From: Gemmatimonadota bacterium
GTDB lineage: Bacteria > Gemmatimonadota > Gemmatimonadetes > Longimicrobiales > Gaopeijiaceae
Assembly (NCBI GenBank): GCA_041390125.1
Contig: JAWKQN010000009.1
Location: 170,628-234,627, forward strand
DNA: 64,000 nt
Direction of reading: 5' to 3'
The position numbers and the translations under genes are program-made. Below the pieces are notes generated by a model. That model saw only the letters and a list, made by a program, of their open reading frames with translations. It was not told the DNA's origin and ran no database searches. Shown here piece by piece: positions 1-9,460 of this stretch (within the stretch, counting starts at the first letter, position 1; each line of letters starts with the position of its first letter).

Positions 1-1
1 C

Positions 2-652
2 AAGTACTCGGCCGCACCCGATCACTACGTCATCCCGGACCTGATCGTGGAGGAGATCGACGGGGAGTACATGGTGTTCGTGAACGACACCAGCCTGCCG
101 CGTCTGCGGATCTCGCAGGCGTACCGGGAGGTGGCCCGCGACAAGAACCAGTTCAAGGGGGAGAACAAGGAGTTCATCTCCTCCAAGCTGAACTCGGCCA
201 ACTGGATGATCCAGGCCATCGAGCAACGTCGTCAGACGATGCTCAAGGTCATGAACTACATCGTGGACCGGCAGCGGGCGTTCTTCGACAAGGGCGTGCA
301 ACACCTGAAGCCGCTCACCCTGCGCGAGGTGGCCGAGCATATCGACATGCACGAGTCCACCGTCTCCCGGGTGACCAACGAGAAGTTCGTGCAGACGCCT
401 CGCGGCGTGTATTCCCTCAAGTTCTTCTTCTCCAGCGGCCTCTCTACCGCCACGGGTGAGGACATCTCCGCCCGCGGCGTGAAGGCGAAGATCAAGAAGC
501 TGGTGGACGAGGAAGATCCCAAGAAGCCGCTCACGGATCAGACCATCGTGAACCTGCTCAAGTCGGACGGGGTGAAGATCGCGCGTCGTACCGTGGCCAA
601 GTACCGCGACCAGCTCGGGATCCTCCCCGCGCGGATGCGGAAGCGGGTCTGA
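2..652 (+). CDS. rpoN: RNA polymerase sigma-54 factor, C-terminal part (5' end lies outside the window)
   Basis: The frame is open to the window edge. HTH-like EVAEHIDMHESTVSRVTNEK is followed by the RpoN box ARRTVAKYR near the C-terminus. Confidence 0.93.
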   Translation, partial: KYSAAPDHYVIPDLIVEEIDGEYMVFVNDTSLPRLRISQAYREVARDKNQFKGENKEFISSKLNSANWMIQAIEQRRQTMLKVMNYIVDRQRAFFDKGVQHLKPLTLREVAEHIDMHESTVSRVTNEKFVQTPRGVYSLKFFFSSGLSTATGEDISARGVKAKIKKLVDEEDPKKPLTDQTIVNLLKSDGVKIARRTVAKYRDQLGILPARMRKRV

Positions 653-660
653 GCCCGGAC

Positions 661-1608
661 GTGCGCCGACACGACTTCGCGGTCGTGGTGCCCGCCTACA
701 ACGAGGCGGCCGTCATCCCCGACCTCGTCCGCGAGCTCAAGGCCGCGTTCGCCGCGCACGAGCTGGATGGTGAGGTCCTCCTCGTAGACGACGGGTCGTC
801 CGACGGGACTGCCGAGCTCGCCGAACGCGAGGCCGCCGGCTGGCCCAACTTCCGGGTGCTTCGCCATCGGGTGAACCGCGGGAAGACCGAAGCCATGGTC
901 ACGGCGGCCGAGGCCACGGAGCGCTCGGTGCTCGTCCTCTTCGATGCCGACCTGCAGCACACGCCGGACGAGATCCCCCGCTTCCTGGAGAAGATCGACG
1001 AGGGCTGGGACATCGTGACCGGCCGTAAGATCGGCGCGTACGACAAGCGGGCGGTGTCCTCCGTCTACAACCGTCTCAGCCGCTGGATCTTCCGGGTGCC
1101 GGTCCAGGATCTCAACTCCATGAAGGCCTTCCGGCGGGAAGTGCTGACCGAGATCCCGTTGCGCCACGATTGGCATCGGTTCTTCGTGGTGATGGCCTAC
1201 GCGCGCGGCTACAGCGTCAGCGAGATCGACGTGACCCTCCACCCCCGGCGGGCGGGCGAATCCAAGTACCGGGGGCCGTTCCGGGTCATCGTGGGTCTGC
1301 TGGACCTCGTGTCCGTCTGGTTCCTGCTGCTGTTCTCGCGCAAGCCACTCATCCTGTTCGGGGTCAGCGGCCTGGTGCTCGTGGGTCTGGGCCTGACCGT
1401 CGCGCTGGTGGCGTTCTACCTGCGCTTCGTCATGGGGCAGGGGTTCCGGCCGCTGCTCTACCTGGTCATCCTCCTGGAGACGGTGGGCTTCCTGCTGCTG
1501 GGCTTCGGCCTCGTGTCGGAGATGATCGCCCAGCTCCGGACGGAGCTGGAGCGGGTCAAACGGGACCTCGACCGGACGCTGCGCCCGGGGTCGGAGGGCC
1601 GGCCGTGA
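661..1608 (+). CDS. Family-2 glycosyltransferase, GtrB/CsbB/ArnC-like polyprenyl-phosphate glycosyltransferase
   Basis: GTG start 8 nt after the rpoN stop. GT-A motifs VVVPAYNEA, DDGSSDGT and FDADLQH are present, with two hydrophobic C-terminal helices as in GtrB-type enzymes. Confidence 0.85.
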   Translation: MRRHDFAVVVPAYNEAAVIPDLVRELKAAFAAHELDGEVLLVDDGSSDGTAELAEREAAGWPNFRVLRHRVNRGKTEAMVTAAEATERSVLVLFDADLQHTPDEIPRFLEKIDEGWDIVTGRKIGAYDKRAVSSVYNRLSRWIFRVPVQDLNSMKAFRREVLTEIPLRHDWHRFFVVMAYARGYSVSEIDVTLHPRRAGESKYRGPFRVIVGLLDLVSVWFLLLFSRKPLILFGVSGLVLVGLGLTVALVAFYLRFVMGQGFRPLLYLVILLETVGFLLLGFGLVSEMIAQLRTELERVKRDLDRTLRPGSEGRP

Positions 1609-2765
1609 GCGCAGGCGCTGCGCGGCCGCGCGTCCTCGCGGTCGTGGGCACGCGCCCGGAAGCGATCAAGATGGCGCCCGTCATCTCCGCGCTCGAGGCG
1701 CGTGCGGACGAGGTGGACGTGACCGTCGCGCTCACCGGTCAACACACCGACATGGTGGACCAGGTCCTGGAGGTGTTCGGCTACGCGCCGGCGTACGACC
1801 TGGAGCTGATGCGGGACGGGCAGACCCTCTACGACGTCGCGGACGGATGTCTGGCCGGACTGCGGCGCGTGGTCCAGGAGGTGCGGCCCGACGCGCTGGT
1901 CGTCCAGGGCGACACGGCCACGGTCTTCTTCGGGGCACTGGTCGCGTTCTTCGAGCGCGTGCGGGTGGGCCACGTGGAAGCCGGTCTGCGCAGCCACGAC
2001 AAGTGGGCGCCCTGGCCGGAGGAGATCTTCCGCCGTCTGACGGACGTGGTCACGGACTTCTACTTTGCGCCCACGGCCGGGGCGCGCAACAACCTGCTCG
2101 CCGAGGACGTGCCTCCCGACCAGGTCTTCGTGACCGGCAACACGGTCGTGGATGCGCTGCGCCAGGTCTCGGCCTCCGACCGGACCGCCACCCATCCCCG
2201 CGTACGTGCGCTGCTGGCGTCGGGGCGACGGCTGGTCCTGCTCACCGCGCATCGACGCGAGGCGTTCGGGGAGCCGCTGCGCGCCGTGTTCGGCGCGGTG
2301 CGCCGCATCGTGGATGCGCATCCGGAGATCGACCTGCTCTACCCCGTGCACCCCAATCCGAACGTCCGCGGACCCGCCCAGGAGCTGCTGGCCGACCATC
2401 CGCGGATCCACCTGACCGAGCCGCTCGGGTACGTGGACCTGGTGCGGGTGCTCGAGCGCGCCCGCCTGGTGCTCACCGACTCCGGAGGCATCCAGGAGGA
2501 GGCTCCCACGTTCGGGACCCCGGTGCTCGTGCTTCGCGACGTGACGGAGCGACCCGAGGGCGTGCGGGCGGGCGTAGCGACGCTCGTCGGGACCGATGCC
2601 CAGCGCATCGAGCGAGAGGCGGCCCGCCTGTTGAGCGGGAAGGGGGCAGCACGCGTCACGTCGAACCCGTACGGGGACGGGCGTGCCGGCGAGCGCATCG
2701 CCGATGCGTTGATCGCCGGTCTGGCCGGGACGCCGCGGCGTCTGCAGGAGTGGCGGGCGCCATGA
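1605..2765 (+). CDS. wecB: UDP-N-acetylglucosamine 2-epimerase (non-hydrolysing)
   Basis: The GTG start overlaps the upstream stop (GTGA). Motifs seen: VVGTRPEAIKMAP, HVEAGLRS, LVLTDSGGIQEE. The 145-aa N-terminal extension in the ORF track is off-frame read-through of the upstream gene. Confidence 0.9.
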   Translation: MSAGAARPRVLAVVGTRPEAIKMAPVISALEARADEVDVTVALTGQHTDMVDQVLEVFGYAPAYDLELMRDGQTLYDVADGCLAGLRRVVQEVRPDALVVQGDTATVFFGALVAFFERVRVGHVEAGLRSHDKWAPWPEEIFRRLTDVVTDFYFAPTAGARNNLLAEDVPPDQVFVTGNTVVDALRQVSASDRTATHPRVRALLASGRRLVLLTAHRREAFGEPLRAVFGAVRRIVDAHPEIDLLYPVHPNPNVRGPAQELLADHPRIHLTEPLGYVDLVRVLERARLVLTDSGGIQEEAPTFGTPVLVLRDVTERPEGVRAGVATLVGTDAQRIEREAARLLSGKGAARVTSNPYGDGRAGERIADALIAGLAGTPRRLQEWRAP

Positions 2766-3898
2766 ACGTCCTGATGCACTGCGTCTACTTCCCGCCGGAG
2801 GTGGGCGGGCTCGAGAGCCACGTCTACTACCTCTGCCGCGCCCTCGTGCGCGCCGGCCACTCCGTGAGCGTGGTGACGTCGCGGTCGCTTCCCGAAGCGC
2901 CCCCCTACGAGGTCATGGAGGGGATCGAGGTCCACCGCACCTGGTTCCCGGCCCGCAACCCGGCCGGCTGGATCCTCCACGCGCTGGGTTCCCTACCGAC
3001 CACGCGCAAGCTCGCCTACCGGGCCGACGTGGTGCACGCCCAGGCCTTCCAGTCCGTCCCTCCCTGTGCCTGGGGCGTGCGCGGTCAGAACACGCCCCTG
3101 GTGGCCACGCTGCACACGTCCCACTTCCTGGTGCGCGCGCAGAAGCCGGCCTGGCAGCCCGTCCTGCGCCGCGTCGTGACCGCCCCCCACCACGTCTTCG
3201 CGGCCAGCTCGGAGATCGCTGCGGTCGCGGAGTCCCTGGCGCCCGGCGTGCGGGTCGAGCCACTCACGAACGGGGTGGAGACGGACCTCTTCAAGCCGGT
3301 CAAGCCGGCGTTCCCCCCGGGAGCACGCCGCCGCCTCGTCGTGCCGCGGCGACTCTTCCCCAAGAATGGCGTCGAGTACTTCATCCGGGCCCTGCCGCAC
3401 ATCGCGCGCGGCGCCGACGTGGAAGCGCTCCTGGTGGGGGATGGGCCCGAGCGCGAGCGCCTGGAAGCGCTGGCGCGGGAGCTGGGGGTGGCCGAACGCG
3501 TGCGCTTCCTGGGGCGGCAGGTCAACGCGGACATGCCCGCGCTCCTGTGCTCCGCCGAGCTGGCCGTCTTCCCGTCCCTGATGGAGGCCACCTCGGTGGC
3601 CGCGCTGGAGAGCATGGCGTGCGAGCGCCCGGTCGCGGCCTCGCGCGTCGGCGGTCTGCCCGAGATCGTCGATGACGAGGTGGGCGGCCTCTTCGAGCCC
3701 GCCGACCCCGAGGACCTCGCGCGCGTGGTGCTGGAGCTGTTGGCCCGCCCGGACCTGGCCGACCTGGGCAGGCGGGCGCGCCGTCGCGTGGAAGAGCAGT
3801 GGAGCAACCGCCGCCTGGCCGAGCGCCACATCGAGGTGTACCAGGATCTCCTGCGCCGCGCGCGCGGCCGCGCCTGGAGCGCGGCGCACCCGAGCTGA
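2762..3898 (+). CDS. Family-4 (GT-B) glycosyltransferase
   Basis: ATGA overlap with the wecB stop. N-terminus has PPEVGGLESHV; the C-terminal EATSVAALESMACERPVAASRVGGLPEIV is an EX7E-type GT4 signature. Confidence 0.85.
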   Translation: MNVLMHCVYFPPEVGGLESHVYYLCRALVRAGHSVSVVTSRSLPEAPPYEVMEGIEVHRTWFPARNPAGWILHALGSLPTTRKLAYRADVVHAQAFQSVPPCAWGVRGQNTPLVATLHTSHFLVRAQKPAWQPVLRRVVTAPHHVFAASSEIAAVAESLAPGVRVEPLTNGVETDLFKPVKPAFPPGARRRLVVPRRLFPKNGVEYFIRALPHIARGADVEALLVGDGPERERLEALARELGVAERVRFLGRQVNADMPALLCSAELAVFPSLMEATSVAALESMACERPVAASRVGGLPEIVDDEVGGLFEPADPEDLARVVLELLARPDLADLGRRARRRVEEQWSNRRLAERHIEVYQDLLRRARGRAWSAAHPS

Positions 3899-3911
3899 CG
3901 GAGCCCGACGC

Positions 3912-6374
3912 ATGGCCAAACGAGCTGCCCGCACGTCCGCGAAGACCGCCCCCGCGGCGGCGCATCCGGCCGCGCCCGGCACCTGGCCGCGTTGGGTGCC
4001 CGCGGCGGTCTACGCCGTGGCGACGCTGGTGCTGTTCCGGGCCTTCATCTTTTCGTCGGACATGCTGTACGGGTCCGACACGCTCTCGTTGGGATACGCC
4101 GCCCGGTTGTTCTATGCCGAGGCGCTGCGGGCCGGCACCTTCCCGTTCTGGAATCCGCTGATCCTGGGTGGGACGCCCTTCCTCGAATCCCTGGCAGGGG
4201 GTGACTCGCTGTATCCGACCTCGCTGCTGCTTCTGTTCGTGGAGCCGTACCGGGCGCTCGGGTGGAAGCTGGTCGTGCACGTCTTCCTGGCCGGTCTGTT
4301 CATGTACGGCTGGCTCCGGGCGCTCGGGTCGGGCCGTCCCGCCGCCCTGGTGGCCGGCCTGGCCTACCTGATGGCGCCGTTCATGGTGTCCCTCGTGTAT
4401 CCCGGCCACGACGGCAAGCTGTTCGTCACCGCGCTGACGCCGTTGGCGTTCTGGGCGGCGGAGCGCGTGCTGACGGGTGGCGGTGCGCGTTGGTTCGCCG
4501 CCCTGGCGGGCACCGTGGGCGTCGTCATCCTGTCCACGCATTTCCAGATGGCGTATTTCCTGTTCGGCGCCCTGGGTGTGTACATGATCGTGCGCACCGC
4601 CGCGGCGGCGCGGGTGGGGGAGGGAGCCGCGGCCGGGCGGCGGGCGCTGCTGTTCCTCGGGGCCGCGCTTCTCGGGGCGGGCGTCGCGGCGGTCCAGCTC
4701 CTGCCGGCCGTGGACTACGTGACCGAGTCGTCGCGGCGCACCGCCACGACGACGGCCGCCACCTCCGACGTCGAGGGCGTGGCGTACTCCAGCAGCTATT
4801 CCCTGCATCCGGAGGAGGCGCTGGGCTTCCTCGCGCCGGAGTTCGTCGGCAACGGCGTCGCGGACGGCGCGGACTGGGCGAGCGGGACCTACTGGGGTCG
4901 CAATCCCATCAAGCTCGGTCATCCCTACTTCGGCGTCGTGGTGCTGCTGCTTGCCGGCGTCGGTCTGCTGGTCCGTGCTCGGGGTGTGGTGCACTGGACG
5001 CTCTTCGGGATCGGGACCGTGGCGTTCCTCTACGGGCTCGGTACCCACACGCCGGTCTGGCGCGTGTTCTACGAGGTCGTCCCGGGCATCTCGTTGTTCC
5101 GCGCGCCGGACATGGTGGTGTTCCTGACCGGCTTCGCGGCGGTCACCCTGGCCGGCCTGGGCCTGGACGCGCTGCTCGCGCCCGACGGGCTGCGCTGGAA
5201 GGGCGTGCAGCGCTGGATGTGGGGGCTCGTGGGCCTGTTGGGTCTGCTGACCGTGCTGGCCGCGTCCGGGATCCTGCAATCCTTCTGGTTGGCCGTGGTC
5301 TACCCGCAGGCCGACCCGGGCCGCATCGACCGCCTGACCCGGCTGCAGCCCTACCTGGTGCGAGGCTTCGCCGTCTCCACGGTGCTCGCGGGCCTCTCCG
5401 CGGGCTTGATGGTGCTGTACCGGGACGCGCGCGTGTCGGCCGGGGGCCTGATCGCCGGCCTCGCGCTGCTCGTGGGCATCGACGCCATCCGCATCGACGA
5501 CACGTTCATCACGACCTTCGACGTGCGGACGTGGGCGGCTCCCGATCCGAACATGCGCTTCCTCGAGGGACAGGAATCGGCGACGGACCCATGGCGCCTG
5601 CTCTCGCTCGCGCCTCCGATCGGGCAGGACGTCAAGCCGGCGCTCTACGGGCTGGAGCTGGCCGCGGGGCATCATCCCAATGACCTGGCCCGCTACCGTG
5701 AGCTGATCGGGATGCAGGGCAGCGGGCGCCCCGAGAACCTGTTGGCCAATCCCACGCTGCTGCGCCTCCTCAACGTGCGGTACCTGCTGTGGCCGCAGGC
5801 GCAGCTGGGCGGCCCGCCCATGGAGGGCGTCCAGCCCCTGGCGGCCACCCAGCTGCAGGACGGGCGGATCTACGAGGCGGTCTACCCCTGGAACGATCTG
5901 CCGAGGGCGCGTCTGGTCGCGGATGCGGTCATCCAGCCGGACGATCAGGCCGTGGCGTACATGATGTCGCCCGCGTTCGACCCGACCACGCAGGTGGTGC
6001 TGCCCGAGACGCCGCCCCGGCCGCTTCCGGGCGGACCGGTGCAGGGGGAGGTGACCTGGGAGACGCGCGGGATCAACGCGATGACGCTCCGGGTGCGCTC
6101 CGACCGCGAGGCCCTGCTGGTCGTGGCCGACAACTGGTATCCGGCGTGGAGCGCGCGCGTGGATGGGCAGGCGGCACCGGTGCTCCGTGCCTATCACACG
6201 CTGCGGGCCGTGCCCGTCCCGGCCGGGGAGAGCACGGTCGAGATGTACTACGACACGGCTTCGCTGCGTGGACCCTTCCTGCTGAGCCTGGTCTCGCTTC
6301 TCCTGCTGGGGGTGGCGCTGGTGTGGCCGGCGCTGCGCCGCGGCCGGAGCGGGGACGGCGAGTCGGCCGCGTGA
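3912..6374 (+). CDS. YfhO-like polytopic membrane protein (putative GT-C type periplasmic glycosyltransferase)
   Basis: About 820 aa with many TM helices. The N-terminal pattern GTFPFWNPLILGGTPFLESLAGGDSLYP matches the YfhO family as I remember it. Start is the ATG 13 nt after the GT4 stop. Confidence 0.7.
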   Translation: MAKRAARTSAKTAPAAAHPAAPGTWPRWVPAAVYAVATLVLFRAFIFSSDMLYGSDTLSLGYAARLFYAEALRAGTFPFWNPLILGGTPFLESLAGGDSLYPTSLLLLFVEPYRALGWKLVVHVFLAGLFMYGWLRALGSGRPAALVAGLAYLMAPFMVSLVYPGHDGKLFVTALTPLAFWAAERVLTGGGARWFAALAGTVGVVILSTHFQMAYFLFGALGVYMIVRTAAAARVGEGAAAGRRALLFLGAALLGAGVAAVQLLPAVDYVTESSRRTATTTAATSDVEGVAYSSSYSLHPEEALGFLAPEFVGNGVADGADWASGTYWGRNPIKLGHPYFGVVVLLLAGVGLLVRARGVVHWTLFGIGTVAFLYGLGTHTPVWRVFYEVVPGISLFRAPDMVVFLTGFAAVTLAGLGLDALLAPDGLRWKGVQRWMWGLVGLLGLLTVLAASGILQSFWLAVVYPQADPGRIDRLTRLQPYLVRGFAVSTVLAGLSAGLMVLYRDARVSAGGLIAGLALLVGIDAIRIDDTFITTFDVRTWAAPDPNMRFLEGQESATDPWRLLSLAPPIGQDVKPALYGLELAAGHHPNDLARYRELIGMQGSGRPENLLANPTLLRLLNVRYLLWPQAQLGGPPMEGVQPLAATQLQDGRIYEAVYPWNDLPRARLVADAVIQPDDQAVAYMMSPAFDPTTQVVLPETPPRPLPGGPVQGEVTWETRGINAMTLRVRSDREALLVVADNWYPAWSARVDGQAAPVLRAYHTLRAVPVPAGESTVEMYYDTASLRGPFLLSLVSLLLLGVALVWPALRRGRSGDGESAA

Positions 6375-7339
6375 GCAGGAACGTCCGCGCCGGGACCGGC
6401 TCCAGGTCCCGCCGTCTCCTGGTGCGCGTCCTCCAGCTCGGTGCCACCGTGCTGGTGACGTGGTTCATCCTCGACCGGCTCGGCCTCTCCCTCGGCGCCG
6501 TGCGCGACCTCGACCCGCGCTGGTGGCGACCGCAGGCGGGCCCGCTCGTCCTCTCGTCCCTCCTCCTGGCTGCGGCCTACGCGCTCTCCGGCGCGCTCTG
6601 GGGCGGCATGGTGCGGGAGCTGGGCGGAGGCGGACTGGGACACCGCCGGGGCATCGGGATCTACCTCGTGGCCAATCTGGGCCGCTACGTTCCGGGCAAG
6701 GTCTGGCAGATCCTGGGCCTGGCGTGGCTCGCCGGGCGGGCCGGCGTCCCGCCCACCGTGGCGACGTCGGCCGCCGTTCTGGGGCAGGCGCTCTCCCTGG
6801 CCGGCGCAGCGCTCGTCGGCGCGGTGGCGCTCTTCGGGGCGGACGGCGCGGAACGCACGCTGGCGCCGTGGGTGCTGGGAGCGGTCGCGCTCGGCATCCT
6901 GCTCACGCTCTCGAGGAGCTTCATGGAGAAGGCCCTGGCCCTCTGGTCGCGCGTGCTCCGCGCCCGGGAGACGCCCCAGGTGCCGGGCCCCACGTTCGGG
7001 CTTCGGTGGGCGGCCGCGTATGCGCTCAACTGGATCGCCTACGGGGTCGCCTTCGTGGTGTTCGCGAGCGCCTTCGGCGTGGACGTTCCCTGGGTGCCGA
7101 CGGCGTCGGGCTTCGTGGCCTCCTGGCTGCTCGGCTACCTGGCCCTGTTCGCTCCCGCGGGCATCGGAGTGCGGGAAGGCGTCCTGGTGGCCTTGCTCAG
7201 CCCGTTCCTGGGGGCGGGGGCGGTGGCCGTCGCCGCGCTGTCCCGCGTGTGGCTCACGCTCGTGGAGGTCGTGGCCGCGCTGGCGTTGGGCGGAGGGGTG
7301 CTGCGGGAGGCGAGGGCGGTGGCGGGAGAGGCGTCATGA
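6371..7339 (+). CDS. UPF0104 / lysyl-PG-synthase-TM-region family membrane protein (flippase-like)
   Basis: GTGA overlap with the upstream stop. About 8 TM helices and an NLGRYVPGKVW motif. The family call is from memory. Confidence 0.65.
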   Translation: MSRNVRAGTGSRSRRLLVRVLQLGATVLVTWFILDRLGLSLGAVRDLDPRWWRPQAGPLVLSSLLLAAAYALSGALWGGMVRELGGGGLGHRRGIGIYLVANLGRYVPGKVWQILGLAWLAGRAGVPPTVATSAAVLGQALSLAGAALVGAVALFGADGAERTLAPWVLGAVALGILLTLSRSFMEKALALWSRVLRARETPQVPGPTFGLRWAAAYALNWIAYGVAFVVFASAFGVDVPWVPTASGFVASWLLGYLALFAPAGIGVREGVLVALLSPFLGAGAVAVAALSRVWLTLVEVVAALALGGGVLREARAVAGEAS

Positions 7340-8088
7340 GCGGCAACGGCGGCACGCACGGGAATGGTGACGAGCGGTTCCTGGTCGTCATCCCGACCTA
7401 CAACGAGCGTCGCAACGTGTCGATGGTCGTCCCGCTCGTGGCGGGGCAGGACCCGCGCGTGCACGTCCTGATCGTCGACGACAACTCCCCCGACGGCACC
7501 GGGCAGGAGGCGGACCGCCTCGCACGCGACAACCCCCGGATCCACGTGCTGCACCGGGAAGGGAAGGGCGGGTTGGGCCAGGCGTACATCGCCGGCTTCA
7601 AGTGGGGCCTCGAGCGAGATTTCGCGCTGTTCTTCGAGATGGACGCCGATCTCTCGCATCCGGCGGATCAGATCCCGGCGTTCATCGCCAAGTCCGCCGA
7701 GTGCGACGTGATCGTGGGCTCCCGGTACGTGGGCGGGCGGGTGGCGGTGGTCAACTGGCCGCTCTCGCGCCTCATGCTTTCTCTCTTTGGAAGTCTGTAT
7801 GCTCGTGTCATAACGAGACTTCCGCTATCCGACGCCACGGGCGGATTCAACTGCTTCAAGCGGGAGGTGCTCGAAGCCATCGACGTCGACCGCATCCAGT
7901 CCACGGGCTACACGTTCCAGATCGAGCTCAAGCTCCGAGCGTGGCGGAAGGGGTTCCGTGTCTGCGAGATTCCGGTGATCTTCACCGAGCGGGCGGAGGG
8001 CGAATCCAAGATGTCCAAGCGCATCGTGCGCGAGGCCGTCTGGAGGGTATGGCAGCTCCGCCTGATGGACCTCTTCGGCCGGCTCTGA
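7336..8088 (+). CDS. Polyprenol-phosphate mannose/glucose synthase-like GT2 (soluble Dpm1/Ppm1 type)
   Basis: ATGA overlap with the upstream stop. Motifs: VVIPTYNERRN, VDDNSPDGT, EMDADLSH (DxD), GSRY. No TM segment. Confidence 0.85.
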   Translation: MSGNGGTHGNGDERFLVVIPTYNERRNVSMVVPLVAGQDPRVHVLIVDDNSPDGTGQEADRLARDNPRIHVLHREGKGGLGQAYIAGFKWGLERDFALFFEMDADLSHPADQIPAFIAKSAECDVIVGSRYVGGRVAVVNWPLSRLMLSLFGSLYARVITRLPLSDATGGFNCFKREVLEAIDVDRIQSTGYTFQIELKLRAWRKGFRVCEIPVIFTERAEGESKMSKRIVREAVWRVWQLRLMDLFGRL

Positions 8089-8120
8089 GCGGCCGGCCCA
8101 GACCCCGAGGGTAGCGCGCC

Positions 8121-8738
8121 TTGGCGCTCCATCATCTGCTCTATCGCTGTCCGCGGTGCGGCGCCGACCCGACCACAGGGGAGCGGGACCGCGCGCTGTG
8201 TCCCTCGTGCGGCCGCACGTACGTGCGGGTCCGCGAGGGCAGGCGCATCCGCATCCTCGACCGCGAGGGGCGCGTCGAGAACGCGCTGGTCCAGACCCTG
8301 GTGGGAGACATCGAGCGCCAGGGCGGCTCGCTGTCGGTGGCCCGGCGCGCGGACGGCACGGTGGAGTACAGCGCCGATGTCCGGGTGACCCGGGCGCTGT
8401 CCGAAGACGCCGTCGTGCACGAAGGGCGCCTGCTGGGGTATATCGAACGGATGAGCGATCCCGTCCCCGGCGTGCTGACCATCACGGACGACGCGCTGAC
8501 CTTCCGGCCCGCGGACGAGCCGACCGAGGAGCACTGGCGGCTGCGCGGCCTCAAGGCCGTCCAGACCAGCTCCGCGGCGCTGCAGATCTCGCCGCAGGAC
8601 GGTCCGGTCGTCCAGTTCCGCTTCGTGGCCGACTCGCCGTTCCGGTGGGAGGACCTGCTGCGGACGCTGCTCGTGCAGGCCTATGCGCGCGAGGGCCTGG
8701 AGATCGTGGAGTTCCAGCCCCGGATCGTGGCGGCATGA
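8121..8738 (+). CDS. Hypothetical protein with N-terminal CxxC-x14-CxxC zinc ribbon
   Basis: TTG start. CPRCG...CPSCG lies at the N-terminus and the remainder looks beta-rich. G/C-ending codons match real genes here. The stop overlaps the next start (ATGA). Confidence 0.6.
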   Translation: MALHHLLYRCPRCGADPTTGERDRALCPSCGRTYVRVREGRRIRILDREGRVENALVQTLVGDIERQGGSLSVARRADGTVEYSADVRVTRALSEDAVVHEGRLLGYIERMSDPVPGVLTITDDALTFRPADEPTEEHWRLRGLKAVQTSSAALQISPQDGPVVQFRFVADSPFRWEDLLRTLLVQAYAREGLEIVEFQPRIVAA

Positions 8739-9460
8739 GCGAGCGCTTCCCGTCCTCCGTGCCGCCCTGGCGTGCGTCCCTGTACGCGCCCGTGCAGCGC
8801 CTCATGCGGTGGGTGTTGATGCCGCTCCTGGCGCGCGTGGACGTGGAGGGTCGCGAGCACATCCCGGCGGACGGCCCCTTCTTCCTGATCCCGAATCATC
8901 AGAGCGTGCTCGACCCGCTGATCGTGCAGGCCCTCTGCCGCCGGCCGGTCTACTCCATGACCAAGAGCACGCAGTTCACCGGTCGCCTGATGCGTTGGCT
9001 GCTGCCCCGCATCGGCGCCTTCCCGGTGCGGCGCTACCGCACGGACGCGCAGGCGGTCCGCACCGTGCTGCGGCTGATCGAGGAAGGGAAGGGCGTCGGC
9101 ATCTACCCCGAAGGGGAGCGCTCCTGGGACGGACAGCTCCAACCGCTGCGGCGAGGCACGATCCGCGTCCTGCTCAAGGCGGGTGTGCCCATCATCCCGG
9201 TGGGGATCGCGGGCTCATACGACGTATGGCCGCGCTGGAGCAAGCGACCGCGCCGCTGCCGTGTCCGTCTGCGCTACGGGGCGCCCATCGTCTTCGGTGC
9301 ACACGCGGATCGGCTCGCGCGGGAGGCGGCGCTGCCGGCGGCCCGCAAGCGGCTGGAGGCGGCCCTGCGGGAGCTGATCGACGAGACCAGCGGAGCGCGG
9401 GAAGGGGATGCGCGCGTGCCGGACCGCAGCCTGCCCGACGCCAAGGAGCGCTGGGCGTGA
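8735..9460 (+). CDS. 1-acyl-sn-glycerol-3-phosphate acyltransferase-like (LPLAT/PlsC family)
   Basis: HX4D motif NHQSVLD and a YPEGERS block. Confidence 0.85.
   Translation: MSERFPSSVPPWRASLYAPVQRLMRWVLMPLLARVDVEGREHIPADGPFFLIPNHQSVLDPLIVQALCRRPVYSMTKSTQFTGRLMRWLLPRIGAFPVRRYRTDAQAVRTVLRLIEEGKGVGIYPEGERSWDGQLQPLRRGTIRVLLKAGVPIIPVGIAGSYDVWPRWSKRPRRCRVRLRYGAPIVFGAHADRLAREAALPAARKRLEAALRELIDETSGAREGDARVPDRSLPDAKERWA

Noticed and set aside
1170-2765. Long N-terminal extensions shown in the ORF track for wecB, GT4, YfhO-like, flippase-like, GT2, plsC-like, methyltransferase, argF', gpsA, der, rlmH, M23 and other genes.
   Set aside because: The extensions overlap the preceding gene in another frame and translate to low-complexity sequence. 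In each case an ATG or GTG sits exactly at the upstream stop (NTGA) or just after it, where the homologous protein sequence begins.
3522-6197. An 891-aa ORF on the - strand. Similar long ORFs occur at 16022-17959, 28655-31312, 31506-33536, 38268-40004 and 57630-60494.
   Set aside because: All are antisense or off-frame shadows of genes with clear family motifs. Their translations are Arg/Pro/Gly-rich and lack recognisable domains.
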